32,209 nucleotides of DNA, from contig CACZOH010000130.1 of assembly GCA_902782785.1 (NCBI GenBank), positions 1 through 32,209 on the forward strand, given 5' to 3'. The position numbers and the translations under genes are program-made. The DNA is from an uncultured Ruminococcus sp. (GTDB lineage: Bacteria > Bacillota > Clostridia > Oscillospirales > CAG-272). Shown piece after piece: positions 6,976 through 17,190 of this stretch (positions are counted from its first letter, which is position 1; each line of letters begins with the position of its first letter). The notes under the pieces were generated by a model. It did no database searches. It saw only the letters and a program-made list of their open reading frames with translations, and had not been told where the DNA came from.

Positions 6976-9702
6976 ATGCTGTCCGTAAAAAATCTGACAA
7001 AAACTTACGGCAGAGGCAGGCTTGCGGTACAGGCGCTCAAGGGCATTTCCATAGATTTTCCGGAGACCGGTATGGTGATGATACTCGGCAAATCGGGCTG
7101 CGGTAAATCAACGCTGATGAATATGCTCGGCGGACTTGACAGACCTACCTCGGGCGACGTATATATAAACGGCGTTCCTTTTTCTTCTCTTTCGTCAAAA
7201 AAGCTTGACGATTACAGAAACACGTACGTCGGTTTTGTATTTCAGAATTTCAACATTATAGAAAACAGGACCGTATACGAGAACATAGAGCTTGCGCTTA
7301 AGCTTCAGAATCACAGATCCGATTTTGAAAGCATAGACGAGGCGCTTACATCCGTAGGTCTTACGGGACTCGGCTACAGAAAGCCGTCAGAGCTTTCGGG
7401 AGGTCAGAGGCAGAGGGTAGCCATAGCGCGCGCTCTCGTTAAACAGCCGGAGGTTATTTTAGCCGACGAGCCGTCCGGTTCGCTCGACTCCGTTACGGGC
7501 GACGATCTTTTCGTCGCGCTCAAAAAAATAAGCAAATCCCGTCTTGTCATCGTCGTTACGCATGACAATGAAATAGCGTACAAATACGGCGACCGCATAA
7601 TTTTCATGTCAGACGGCGTTATAACAGGCGATATCGACAGAATAAAGCACGGAAACGACGCGGATACGAAATTCATACGCAGCAACATAATGTTCGTAAA
7701 AGCCGGTCACACGCTGACAATGGAGGAAGCGGAGGCGGCGGTAGACAGCGGCAAGGACAACTATCTCACGTTTGAAACGGACAAACAGCACGTAGTGCTT
7801 GCGTATCCCGACACGATAGATGAGGTTGAAACCGGTTACAGCCCCGGCGATTTCACGGTACACACGGCTCCCGAACCGAAAACTCCGCCTCCGTTGAGGC
7901 TTCGCCGCGCGTCGATGAGCTTCAAGAACTGTCTGTCGCAGGCAGGCGCGAGCATAAAGAAACGCAAGGGCAGATTTATCGTTACGATAATCGTATCGCT
8001 CATATGCATGACGCTTCTGAATATAGGTCTTTCTCTCTCCATGATTAACGATACGAGCATAATAAGCAATACGGTAAAAGACCAGAAGCTTGATTTTCTG
8101 AAGGTCGGCAGAAGATGGTACTCGGACGGCAGCGCTGAACTATACGATATGTTCGCGCCGTTCGATCCCGGTCTGTCATATAAATGCGAAATGTCTTATA
8201 TCCCGGTAAACAACGTCAAAGCGGAAAAGGACGAAAATATTTTCGACATTCTCGGTATGCTGTTCGAGGGTGAAAACAGCTTCGGCTTCAACGGAGTGAT
8301 AGAATACGAAGACGTTTCAAAATGCGGCTTTCCTCTTCTGTCGGGCGAATTTCCGTCAGCCGATGATGAAATACTCATAACGGATAATTCCGCCGCCGAT
8401 CTCATATCCTGCGGCTTCGTCTCCGTTTCGGACGACGGAAAGTACGAGCTTTTCAAGCCCGAAACCCCGGATGAGATAACCGGAAAAACCATTCTCATGG
8501 AAGCGGGCAAAAACAACTGCAGGCTGAAGATAAGCGGTATCATAAAAACAAACTGCGAACAGCTTGCCAAGCAGTCGTCGGAGATCAGCATTTCCGCCAT
8601 AATGAATCTGCGTTCAAGGCTGATAAACGTAAAAGACGAATACAGGATGATCATAGCGCGGAAGGGTTTGAGTAAAATGCTTGACGAGTTCATAAGCACA
8701 TCGTCAGACGGTTATACGGAAATAAGCTTAAAGCAATCCGATAAGGACGAAGATCAACAGTATTACAATAACGTCATTTACAGCGGCGAGGTCGCGTTCA
8801 CGTCGTTCTCTTCCGGTCTTGAATACTATTTTGCCGAGCCCTCGTTCGAGGAGCGCGGATATGATCTGAAGGACGGTGAAGTTCTCGTTTCCGCGGATGT
8901 TTTCAAAGAGATAATATCCAATATTCAGGGTATGCAGTCCGACGGATTTGATTTTCTTTCTCTTCTGTCGTCCGACGCGGGCAGTCTTACGTATCCGGAG
9001 GTTATGATATATATCTCATGCTATAACAATAACGCTTATATGCAAAAGGAAAGCAAATACAATTATAACACAACGGAGTTCAGAATAGTCGGCGTGATCA
9101 AAGGGACCGGCACGATGGTGTTCAGCAAGGCGGTAGCGGAGGATATCATAGGCTCTGCGTTCCGTACGGATCAGATTTATCTTTCCGCGGGATCTGTCAA
9201 CGTAAACGAGCTTGTCAGGATCGCAAAGCAGAACAATATGGATATAAGCTCCGTCAAATTTTCAAACGTCATAAGCCTAACGGAGACGATACACGAGATA
9301 AGCGCGGTATTCCTCATATTCTCCGGCATCGTGGCGTTCTTCCTGTTCATAATAATCCTGAACTTCCTTTCTCTGCTCGTCAAGGAAAGAAACAAGGAGC
9401 TCGGTATCATGCGCGCTCTCGGCACGAGCGGTCCCGTCACGATAAAGGTGTTTTACATCGAGCTTGCGATACTCGATATTCTGATCGTTTCGATATCCGC
9501 CTTTATCTCAGTCCGTATAGTTTCGGGGATCAACGCAATTATGGGAATGATATATATTTTCAGCATAAGCTGGGTCACGTTCGGTATCCTTCAGTTTGCT
9601 CTGTCGTTTCTTATATTTACCGCGTTCCTTGCGCTTACCGCTTATCCGATACTGCACAGGATCGTGAAAAAACAGCCTATCGACGTAATAAGGGCAATAT
9701 AA
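6976..9702 (+). CDS. MacB-type ABC transporter, fused ATP-binding domain plus FtsX-family permease with a large extracytoplasmic domain
   Basis: Walker A GKSGCGKST, signature LSGGQRQRVAIARAL, Walker B VILADEPSGSLD, H-loop VVTHD. These are followed by a linker of about 110 aa, TM1 (FIVTIIVSLICMTLLNIGLSL), an extracytoplasmic region of about 415 aa, and 3 C-terminal TM helices (FtsX-like, KERNKELGIMRALGTS). I place the start at ATG 6976 (SD AAAGAAAGGG) rather than the track's TTG at 6925. Confidence 0.88.
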   Translation: MLSVKNLTKTYGRGRLAVQALKGISIDFPETGMVMILGKSGCGKSTLMNMLGGLDRPTSGDVYINGVPFSSLSSKKLDDYRNTYVGFVFQNFNIIENRTVYENIELALKLQNHRSDFESIDEALTSVGLTGLGYRKPSELSGGQRQRVAIARALVKQPEVILADEPSGSLDSVTGDDLFVALKKISKSRLVIVVTHDNEIAYKYGDRIIFMSDGVITGDIDRIKHGNDADTKFIRSNIMFVKAGHTLTMEEAEAAVDSGKDNYLTFETDKQHVVLAYPDTIDEVETGYSPGDFTVHTAPEPKTPPPLRLRRASMSFKNCLSQAGASIKKRKGRFIVTIIVSLICMTLLNIGLSLSMINDTSIISNTVKDQKLDFLKVGRRWYSDGSAELYDMFAPFDPGLSYKCEMSYIPVNNVKAEKDENIFDILGMLFEGENSFGFNGVIEYEDVSKCGFPLLSGEFPSADDEILITDNSAADLISCGFVSVSDDGKYELFKPETPDEITGKTILMEAGKNNCRLKISGIIKTNCEQLAKQSSEISISAIMNLRSRLINVKDEYRMIIARKGLSKMLDEFISTSSDGYTEISLKQSDKDEDQQYYNNVIYSGEVAFTSFSSGLEYYFAEPSFEERGYDLKDGEVLVSADVFKEIISNIQGMQSDGFDFLSLLSSDAGSLTYPEVMIYISCYNNNAYMQKESKYNYNTTEFRIVGVIKGTGTMVFSKAVAEDIIGSAFRTDQIYLSAGSVNVNELVRIAKQNNMDISSVKFSNVISLTETIHEISAVFLIFSGIVAFFLFIIILNFLSLLVKERNKELGIMRALGTSGPVTIKVFYIELAILDILIVSISAFISVRIVSGINAIMGMIYIFSISWVTFGILQFALSFLIFTAFLALTAYPILHRIVKKQPIDVIRAI

Positions 9703-9715
9703 AGGCGGTGATATT

Positions 9716-12355
9716 ATGTTGGAACTGAAAAACATATCAAAAACGTACAGAAGCAAAAACGGCGTTACGCACAGGGCCCTGAATGACGTTTCCCTCTCGT
9801 TCGGTGAAACCGGACTCGTATTCATCGTCGGCAGATCCGGAGGAGGCAAATCGACTTTGCTCAATATTATCGCCGCGCTTGATAAAGCGGACAGAGGCGA
9901 TATGCTCCTGTACGGCAACAGCTTCAAGGACTTCAGCAGCTCAAAGCTCGATTCGTACAGAAACACGTATATAGGCGTCGTTTTCCAGGATTACAACCTC
10001 CTGCCCACGCTTACCGTTTATCAGAATATCGCGCTTGCGCTCGGTCTGCAGAGCGCGGAAAGCGACGAGCGCGTGAACGCCGTCATAGACAGGCTCGGGC
10101 TGAATGAGATAAAGGACAGACGTCCGAACGAGATATCCGGCGGTCAGTCTCAGCGCGTTGCGATAGCGCGTGCGCTCGTTAAGGACCCGAAGATGATCCT
10201 GGCGGACGAGCCCACGGGAAATCTCGACTCAAAAACGGGACACGAGATGTTTGATATTTTCAAAAAGATATCAAAAGAAAAGCTCGTTATCATAGTCACG
10301 CACGACCGCGAAATAGCGGACGAGGCGGGCGACCGCGTTATAGAGATAAAGGACGGACGCATACATAAGGACCTTATAAGAACGACCGAATTGTACGAGC
10401 CCGCGATAGACACGGTGGGCGACAGTCTGGTGCGGGTGCCTAAGGGCAAGCATCTTGACGGGCTTGCGCTCGAGGAGATAAACGCGATCTTATCTAAAAC
10501 GGAAAGAGACACGTATATTATAAACGAGGACGACACGGCAAAGGTAAAGTCTATGAATATACACGTCAAAAACGCCGTTGAGCTTAACCAGTCCGATAAC
10601 GCCACGTATTATTTCCCGTACCGGCCGGAGCCGGAGCAGGTCAGACCCGTCTCCTTTATCAAGTCAAAAATGCCGCTTTCCGTCGGCTTCAGGCTTTCTT
10701 TGTCCATGCTGAAATACAAAAAGTTCAGGCTTGTCATCACCATCATAATGCTGATCCTCGCTCTGTTTCTTTCCGCCGCCGTCGGCGTGTTCAAGTTCTA
10801 CAATTTTGACAGAGCCGCGGCAAAAACCGTTGTAAAGGAAAAATACGGTTACATCCTCACCGCAAAAGCCGGAGACTATACCGGCGAGACTGAATTTGAC
10901 GAAGAAGACATAAAACGGCTTCAGAACATGAGCGGCGAGGTGCATAAGGTATATCCGTGCGGCGCAAACATCGATTTTATGAGGACGTCGGATACTTACA
11001 GAGCCGGTCAGGGATATAACGACCTGTTCACGCGGTTTTACGGCATTGTTGAAACAGAGGGCAGGGATGATTTCGGTTTTGAATACACGGCGGGCGCGGA
11101 TCCGGAGGAATACGGTGACGCCGTTATATCAAAGCTTGCCGCGTACTGTATGCTCAAGCTGAACGTTTACAAAAACGCCGAAAGCTATGAAGATCTTATC
11201 GGACGCGTATTTTATTCGTCCGACGCAAAGTTTAAGATCTGCGGCATATACGAGACGGATACCGGTGAATACGACAAGGCGAAAGCGATATCCGATAAAG
11301 AAGGTCTGTCGTTTGACGATATGAGAAGATTGAAAAAGACAAAATATTACAGTCAGATAACGGAATTTGACGGGTTTATTTTCGTAAAGCCGGGTTATAC
11401 GGAGCACCGCCTGCAGAATATGAAAAAAGTGAGTGCAAACGTTCTTAGTCTGAACGGCGGAAAGACGATAGAGGCGTCATACGTTTCGCCGAAGGACGAG
11501 GCGGGCGAGCTTATCTATAACAGCGGGGACGGCGGCGGAGTTTACATAAGCCGCGCTCTGTACTCGCTGATGTTCGGAGATTTTACTTTTAACGAATCCG
11601 TGATCGCCGCAAATCTTTCAAAATACAACGAAAACAAAGTCGACTGTCTTATAAGGCAGTCAGCGGACTTTACAAACAGAGAGAGCAGAACGAGCCTTGT
11701 TATAAACGGGCTTCGTATCGCGGGGGTTGCCGAGGGAGAAGAAGCAACGCTCTATCTGAACGAAGAAGATTTCCACACATTCGCATCCGACAGCATCCCG
11801 GTAAATATGACGCTTATCCGTTCGGCTGAAACGGTCGCGGGAAACGAGCGGTTGATAAGGAGCTTAAAGGCGATGAACGCGTATCCCAAAATGGCGTTTT
11901 ACAGCGATTACGTTGAATACAAAAACAATCTCGGACTTTTATCCGATATATTCACACGTGCGCTGATAATGATATCTATAGCCGCGGCGCTTCTGCTCTT
12001 CTCCTTCGTATCGTCTTCCATACGTATGGAGAGCAGACAGATCGGCATACTGCGCGGAATGGGCGCGAGAGGCATAGATACGTTCAAGGCGTTCGGCATA
12101 GAAGGCGCGGTCATAACTGCGTTTTCGCTGATTTTGACCTCCGTTCTGATAGCAGTACTGTTCCCCGTTATAAATCTGGGGCTGTCAAAGCAATACGCGT
12201 ATCATTTCTATTCCATGGTAATAAACCCGTACGCTGTGATCTTCATTATATTAACGGCTGTTCTGATTACCGCCGCGGCGGTGACGATACCGCTTATAAG
12301 ACTGTCAAAAATGACCCCCGTCAAAGCAATGACGAAAAACGAAACGCAAAGATAA
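9716..12355 (+). CDS. MacB-type ABC transporter, fused ATP-binding domain plus FtsX-family permease; paralogue of the upstream gene
   Basis: Walker A GRSGGGKST, signature ISGGQSQRVAIARAL, Walker B ILADEPTGNLD, H-loop VTHD. TM1 is FRLVITIIMLILALFLSAAVGVF, followed by an extracytoplasmic region of about 385 aa and an FtsX-like C-terminus (RMESRQIGILRGMGARG). There is a 13-nt gap after the upstream stop, with SD AAAGGCGGTGA. Confidence 0.9.
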   Translation: MLELKNISKTYRSKNGVTHRALNDVSLSFGETGLVFIVGRSGGGKSTLLNIIAALDKADRGDMLLYGNSFKDFSSSKLDSYRNTYIGVVFQDYNLLPTLTVYQNIALALGLQSAESDERVNAVIDRLGLNEIKDRRPNEISGGQSQRVAIARALVKDPKMILADEPTGNLDSKTGHEMFDIFKKISKEKLVIIVTHDREIADEAGDRVIEIKDGRIHKDLIRTTELYEPAIDTVGDSLVRVPKGKHLDGLALEEINAILSKTERDTYIINEDDTAKVKSMNIHVKNAVELNQSDNATYYFPYRPEPEQVRPVSFIKSKMPLSVGFRLSLSMLKYKKFRLVITIIMLILALFLSAAVGVFKFYNFDRAAAKTVVKEKYGYILTAKAGDYTGETEFDEEDIKRLQNMSGEVHKVYPCGANIDFMRTSDTYRAGQGYNDLFTRFYGIVETEGRDDFGFEYTAGADPEEYGDAVISKLAAYCMLKLNVYKNAESYEDLIGRVFYSSDAKFKICGIYETDTGEYDKAKAISDKEGLSFDDMRRLKKTKYYSQITEFDGFIFVKPGYTEHRLQNMKKVSANVLSLNGGKTIEASYVSPKDEAGELIYNSGDGGGVYISRALYSLMFGDFTFNESVIAANLSKYNENKVDCLIRQSADFTNRESRTSLVINGLRIAGVAEGEEATLYLNEEDFHTFASDSIPVNMTLIRSAETVAGNERLIRSLKAMNAYPKMAFYSDYVEYKNNLGLLSDIFTRALIMISIAAALLLFSFVSSSIRMESRQIGILRGMGARGIDTFKAFGIEGAVITAFSLILTSVLIAVLFPVINLGLSKQYAYHFYSMVINPYAVIFIILTAVLITAAAVTIPLIRLSKMTPVKAMTKNETQR

Positions 12356-12364
12356 GGTGAAATT

Positions 12365-15300
12365 ATGAAAAAAACTGCTGCAATACTTCTCGCTGTTTTA
12401 ATGCTTCTTCCCTGCGTCGCAGGCTGTACGGGAACTGAAACCGTCACGACGGCGCAAACCGAAACAAATGCGGAAACAGCGTCGTCTTCCGATACGGAAA
12501 CGGACGGTGTGACGACCGAGGCTCCGCCTGCGGTTACCCCGGATTGCGGGATATACGTGACGGATCTGCGCGTGAATTACGAAAAAGAGCCCTCCTGCAT
12601 AGGTGAAAAGCCCTCTTTTTCCTGGGTATTGGAAACGGATAAAAGAGGCGTAAAGCAGGAAAGCTACCGTATAGAATTAGCGGAGAGCAAGGAAGATATC
12701 AGCGCGGGCAAAGCCGTGTGGGATTCGGGCGAGGTAAGCTCCGACAATACCGTAAACGTCGTATGCGACGCAAAGCTGAAAGAAGCGACGCGCTATTATT
12801 TCAGCGTTACGGTAAAGACGAACGACAAAAACACCGTCAAATCCGATATTTCGCATTTTGATACGGCATTGACGGAAAGCGGCTTTGACGGCGCCGAATG
12901 GATAATGCAGGATATGTCCGGCATGGGCGCAGCCGTCATAGACGACGCAAAATGGATATGGCTTTTAAAAAACGACAGTCAGGGAAACGTTGATATAAAG
13001 ACCGAATATTTCAGGTATCATTTTAAAACGGACGGCGACGTTGAAACCGCGTTTCTCTCGTTTACCGGCGACGATTACGGCGACCTTTACATAAACGGCA
13101 GGAAAGCGGCGGGGACAAACTCGTCGCGCGGCTGGGAAAACGCCGTAAGCATCAACGCCGCGGAATTTCTCAAAAAGGGTGACAACGTGTTAGCGCTGAG
13201 CTGCGTAAACTCTCAGTTCGGATACGGCGCGATCATCCTCAGTATGGATATAGTATATAAGGACGGAAAAACAAAATCCGTCGTAACGAACGAAAGCTGG
13301 CTTGCGACAGATGCGAAAACCGGCGACTGGTTCAAGGAGCAGGCAGACGAGAGTAAATACGTCAAAGTCAATTTCACCGCCGACTACGGCTCCGATCCGT
13401 GGTACTCAAACGTAAAATATCCCGACATAAGCATTACCGCGCCGACGCTCAGATATGAATTCAACGTATCGAAGAAAGTCAAAAACGCGTTTATGTTCGC
13501 CTCGGCAGCCGGTCTTTACGACGCGTATATAAACGGCGTGAGAGCGAGCGGCGACGTCCTCGATCCCGGCAGAAGCGAATACACGCAAAGGATAATGTAC
13601 CAGTGCCACGACGTTACTGATAAGATAAAAGACGGCAAAAACGTCATAGGAGCGGTGCTTGGCAGGGGTTGGTGGATAGGCGCGTACTCGCCGTACGGCG
13701 CACAGATACCGGCTTATATATGCAAGCTCGTGATAGAATACGAAAACGGCGAAAGACAGATCGTGGGTTCCGGCGGAGACTGGCTCTGCAATACGAACGG
13801 TCCCATAACGTATAACGACGTTTTCAACGGTGAAACGTACGACGCGCGGCAGGAGCTTACGGGCTGGTCCTCGCCGGACTACGATGCGTCCGGATGGATC
13901 AGTACTGCGGTTACAAGCGCAAAAGCCCTCGGTCTCGGTACGCTCGTCCCTCAGCTTTCGGGAGCGGTAAAAGTCATGGATACCGTGACGGCGAAAGAGG
14001 TCACCTCTCCCTCCGATAAAGTCTATATATATGATTTCGGTCAGAACCTCGCGGGCTTCGTAACGATAAAAGTAAAAGGCAAGGAAGGAACGACGGTCAG
14101 ACTGCGTCACGCGGAGATGTTAAACGACGGAAACAGCGGAAGCGACGGCGCAAAGGGCACGATATATACGTCAAACCTGCGCTCCGCGCAGGCGACCGAT
14201 CGCTACACGTTAAGAGGCGACGAAAACGGCGAGACGTACACGCCGACCTTCACGTTCCACGGCTTCAGATACGTTGAGATAACGGGACTCGACAAGCCGC
14301 TTGAGCTCTCCGACGTCACTGCAAACGTGCTTTATTCCGATATGGAGGACACGGGCAGGATAACGACGGACGACGCTCTATTGAACAAGCTGGTACAGAA
14401 CACGTACTGGGGACAGCGCGGAAACTTCCTCTCCACCCCGACGGACTGCCCTCAGCGCGACGAGCGTATGGGCTGGTCCGGCGACGCGCAGATATTCAGC
14501 GGCACGGCGGCTTACAATATGAACGTAAAGGCGTTCTTTGACAAATACATAACAGACCTGAACGACTGTCAGCGCGGAGACGGCGCGTATCCCGACGTTG
14601 CTCCGCAGACAAACCGCGCGCAGTACGGCGGCTCCGGCAACAACGCATGGGGCGACGCGGGGATCATCATCCCGTGGGTGATGTATACGAGATACGGCGA
14701 TGCGTCTTATATTGAAAAATACTATGCCAATATGAAAAAGTATACGCAGTATCTGTTAAACACAAGCAATAACTACATACGCACGCGCAGCGCTTACGGA
14801 GACTGGCTCTCGATCGGAGAAAACACAAACGTTTCCGTGACGGATACGGCGTACTGTATATACGTTTTCGATCTTATGGCAAAAATGGCGTCGCTTCTGG
14901 GAAAGACAAAAGACGCGGAAAGATTTGAAGCCGACGCGCAGAAATACAGAGACGCCTGGGTAAAGAATTTTGTCAGATCAGTCGGCAGATTGAGATTTGA
15001 CACGCAGACGGCTTATCTCGTTGCGCTCGCTTTTGAGATAGTGCCGGAAAATGACAGACAGGCTTACGCCGACAGGCTGAATGAAAAGATAGTACAGAAC
15101 GGAAACAAGCTCACGACCGGCTTTATCGGCTGTCCGCTTCTCTTGCCCGTCCTCTGCGAATACGGACATGCAGATACGGCGTTCGCGCTTTTGCAGCAGC
15201 AGGAATATCCGTCGTGGAAATATCCGATACTTCAGGGCGCAACGACGATATGGGAACGCTGGAACAGCTACACGATACAGAACGGCTTCGGCGACGCGGG

Positions 15301-15700
15301 AATGAACTCGTTCAACCATTACTCCTACGGCTCCGTTACCGAATGGATATATTCAACGCTTATCGGCATAGGCTGCGATGAAAACGCGCCCGGCTTCTCA
15401 CACGTTATACTGAGACCCACGTCCGGCGGCGGCATAAACAAAGCGGACGGCGAATACGATTCGATCCGCGGGCTTATTAAAAGCGGTTGGGAAGCGTCCG
15501 ACGGCAGGATAACAAAATATAAATGCACGATACCCGGAAACGTAACGGCGACGCTGTACCTGCACGCAGACAGCTCGGACGATATAACCGAAGGCGGCAA
15601 ACCGTTGTCCGCGGCGGAGGGCATAACGCTCGCCTCGTTTGAAAACGGAATCGCCGTTATAGAGCTGACAAGCGGCGTTTATGAATTTGAGATAAAATAA
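12365..15700 (+). CDS. Alpha-L-rhamnosidase, GH78, lipoprotein with a Thr/Glu-rich linker and an extra beta-sandwich insertion
   Basis: Lipobox MKKTAAILLAVLMLLPCVAGC. Linker TGTETVTTAQTETNAETASSSDTETDGVTTE. GH78 motifs FTFHGFRYVEITGL and PTDCPQRDERMGWSGDAQIF. There is a 9-nt gap after the ABC gene, with SD AAGGTGA. Confidence 0.92.
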   Translation: MKKTAAILLAVLMLLPCVAGCTGTETVTTAQTETNAETASSSDTETDGVTTEAPPAVTPDCGIYVTDLRVNYEKEPSCIGEKPSFSWVLETDKRGVKQESYRIELAESKEDISAGKAVWDSGEVSSDNTVNVVCDAKLKEATRYYFSVTVKTNDKNTVKSDISHFDTALTESGFDGAEWIMQDMSGMGAAVIDDAKWIWLLKNDSQGNVDIKTEYFRYHFKTDGDVETAFLSFTGDDYGDLYINGRKAAGTNSSRGWENAVSINAAEFLKKGDNVLALSCVNSQFGYGAIILSMDIVYKDGKTKSVVTNESWLATDAKTGDWFKEQADESKYVKVNFTADYGSDPWYSNVKYPDISITAPTLRYEFNVSKKVKNAFMFASAAGLYDAYINGVRASGDVLDPGRSEYTQRIMYQCHDVTDKIKDGKNVIGAVLGRGWWIGAYSPYGAQIPAYICKLVIEYENGERQIVGSGGDWLCNTNGPITYNDVFNGETYDARQELTGWSSPDYDASGWISTAVTSAKALGLGTLVPQLSGAVKVMDTVTAKEVTSPSDKVYIYDFGQNLAGFVTIKVKGKEGTTVRLRHAEMLNDGNSGSDGAKGTIYTSNLRSAQATDRYTLRGDENGETYTPTFTFHGFRYVEITGLDKPLELSDVTANVLYSDMEDTGRITTDDALLNKLVQNTYWGQRGNFLSTPTDCPQRDERMGWSGDAQIFSGTAAYNMNVKAFFDKYITDLNDCQRGDGAYPDVAPQTNRAQYGGSGNNAWGDAGIIIPWVMYTRYGDASYIEKYYANMKKYTQYLLNTSNNYIRTRSAYGDWLSIGENTNVSVTDTAYCIYVFDLMAKMASLLGKTKDAERFEADAQKYRDAWVKNFVRSVGRLRFDTQTAYLVALAFEIVPENDRQAYADRLNEKIVQNGNKLTTGFIGCPLLLPVLCEYGHADTAFALLQQQEYPSWKYPILQGATTIWERWNSYTIQNGFGDAGMNSFNHYSYGSVTEWIYSTLIGIGCDENAPGFSHVILRPTSGGGINKADGEYDSIRGLIKSGWEASDGRITKYKCTIPGNVTATLYLHADSSDDITEGGKPLSAAEGITLASFENGIAVIELTSGVYEFEIK

Positions 15701-15706
15701 AAACTA

Positions 15707-15744
15707 TCCGGATGAAGCTTTGAAGCTTCATCCGGACTTTTTTA
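15707..15744. terminator. Bidirectional intrinsic terminator between convergent genes
   Basis: Perfect inverted repeat TCCGGATGAAGCTT / AAGCTTCATCCGGA followed by CTTTTTT. It is preceded by an A-run, so it could work on both strands. Confidence 0.8.
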
Positions 15745-17190
15745 ATATTGCCACACGATCGCGTACTTGCCGCCCGCGGTAAAGAAATATGATTTCAATT
15801 CATTATCAAACAATATCGTATGCGCTCTGCCCTCGTCGCTTTGCAATGACATTCTCGCTTTTCTCGTATAAACCGGTGTAAACGTGTCCCACCTTAATGA
15901 CGTCGCGTCCGCGCTTTCATCGAAATAAACTCTGCCTCCGAATGCATTATTGACTGTGTAAAGTGAGACGGGCTCATTTTTATCAAGCGAATATGCGAGC
16001 ATAAACGACACAGCATCCGTTTCTTCGATCACTACAGCTCGCTCAAGCAAAGCCTTGTAATAATCCTGCCCGGATTTTTCCAAAAACAGCGGTCTGCTGT
16101 TATTATAATATAATGCTCTTTCCGTCAGCGTACCCGAAAGATACAGCACGCTGTCGTATATATCGGCGCTTGTTACGTTATACTTTCTGTTTTTGTCTTC
16201 AAACGATAATATTGTTTTACATTTGCCGTCAAAGCCTATTATCGTTATGACGGCTATGTTTTCGCCTTTATATGAGCAGAATACAAACCCGTCGTCAGTC
16301 GCCCCGACTAAGCTCAAAATCGTATTTTCGCCCATAACGCCGAGCGTTTCTGACACGGTTTTTATATACTCTCCGGTTTTTGCCGAATACACGTACGCCG
16401 AAAATACAACGGGCGAATAATGATACTGCGGCTCCGCCTCGTCTTCACAGACTATCTCCTGTATAAAAGGACAAAAGAACCATATCTCGTCTCCTTTTTC
16501 ATAGATGTCCCTGCTTAAAACTCCGTCTGTTTTTGTTTTCCACTTCAGATTGCCTTTTTCGTCAATAAACCCTATTTCGCAATCGTTTTTCTCGTAAATA
16601 ACGCCGCCCGTAACCTTTTGTGAATAGAATAAATTCGCACCCTCGTCAAATCGGTAAGTCCATTCGGCTTTTCCGTCTTTATACCTGGTTATACCGTCCG
16701 TCTTATTCATAACGTATTCGTTTTCAAATTCTTTGACGGATGTAAGACCGTACATTATATACGTAAGATCGTCCATTATACACGATATACCTGCGTTTGT
16801 GTCAAATGCTGTTGTAGGAAGTATGAGATTATACTCGTCAATATCATATGTTTTTTCGCTTTTCGTGTTTGTAAACGATCTTTTATGCGTTTTTACGGTA
16901 AGCGACGCTTTTGTTTTTATCACGTCCGTGCCTTCTGTCAGCATAACTCTGCCGGGAGTATTATCTCCGGACGACGCGTTGTCCGGACCGGCTTTGCCCG
17001 CGTTTGCAATGTAAATATTCACGCCTATGAACGCGGCAAGCGCAAGGCACGCGGCGACCGTGCCTGTTTTTCCGAGTATGCCCGTCAATTTTCTGCTTTT
17101 GAAATAACCGGATGCGTTTTCCTTCTCCGATTCTTCTATAAACCTGCCGTCCGCGTTTTTGACGGCGGACAAAATATCGCTCGGTTTCAT
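15742..17190 (-). CDS. Single-pass membrane protein, putative non-canonical anti-sigma factor with an extracytoplasmic domain of about 410 aa
   Basis: The ATG overlaps the sigma-factor stop (ATGA), and SD AAGGAGGG sits inside the sigma gene's 3' end. The protein has a cytoplasmic N-terminus of about 45 aa, one TM (TGTVAACLALAAFIGVNIYIA) and a large external domain with recurring G-x-x-x-W/beta-strand-like segments. No HxxxCxxC zinc-finger anti-sigma motif was seen. Confidence 0.6.
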   Translation of the reverse strand: MKPSDILSAVKNADGRFIEESEKENASGYFKSRKLTGILGKTGTVAACLALAAFIGVNIYIANAGKAGPDNASSGDNTPGRVMLTEGTDVIKTKASLTVKTHKRSFTNTKSEKTYDIDEYNLILPTTAFDTNAGISCIMDDLTYIMYGLTSVKEFENEYVMNKTDGITRYKDGKAEWTYRFDEGANLFYSQKVTGGVIYEKNDCEIGFIDEKGNLKWKTKTDGVLSRDIYEKGDEIWFFCPFIQEIVCEDEAEPQYHYSPVVFSAYVYSAKTGEYIKTVSETLGVMGENTILSLVGATDDGFVFCSYKGENIAVITIIGFDGKCKTILSFEDKNRKYNVTSADIYDSVLYLSGTLTERALYYNNSRPLFLEKSGQDYYKALLERAVVIEETDAVSFMLAYSLDKNEPVSLYTVNNAFGGRVYFDESADATSLRWDTFTPVYTRKARMSLQSDEGRAHTILFDNELKSYFFTAGGKYAIVWQY

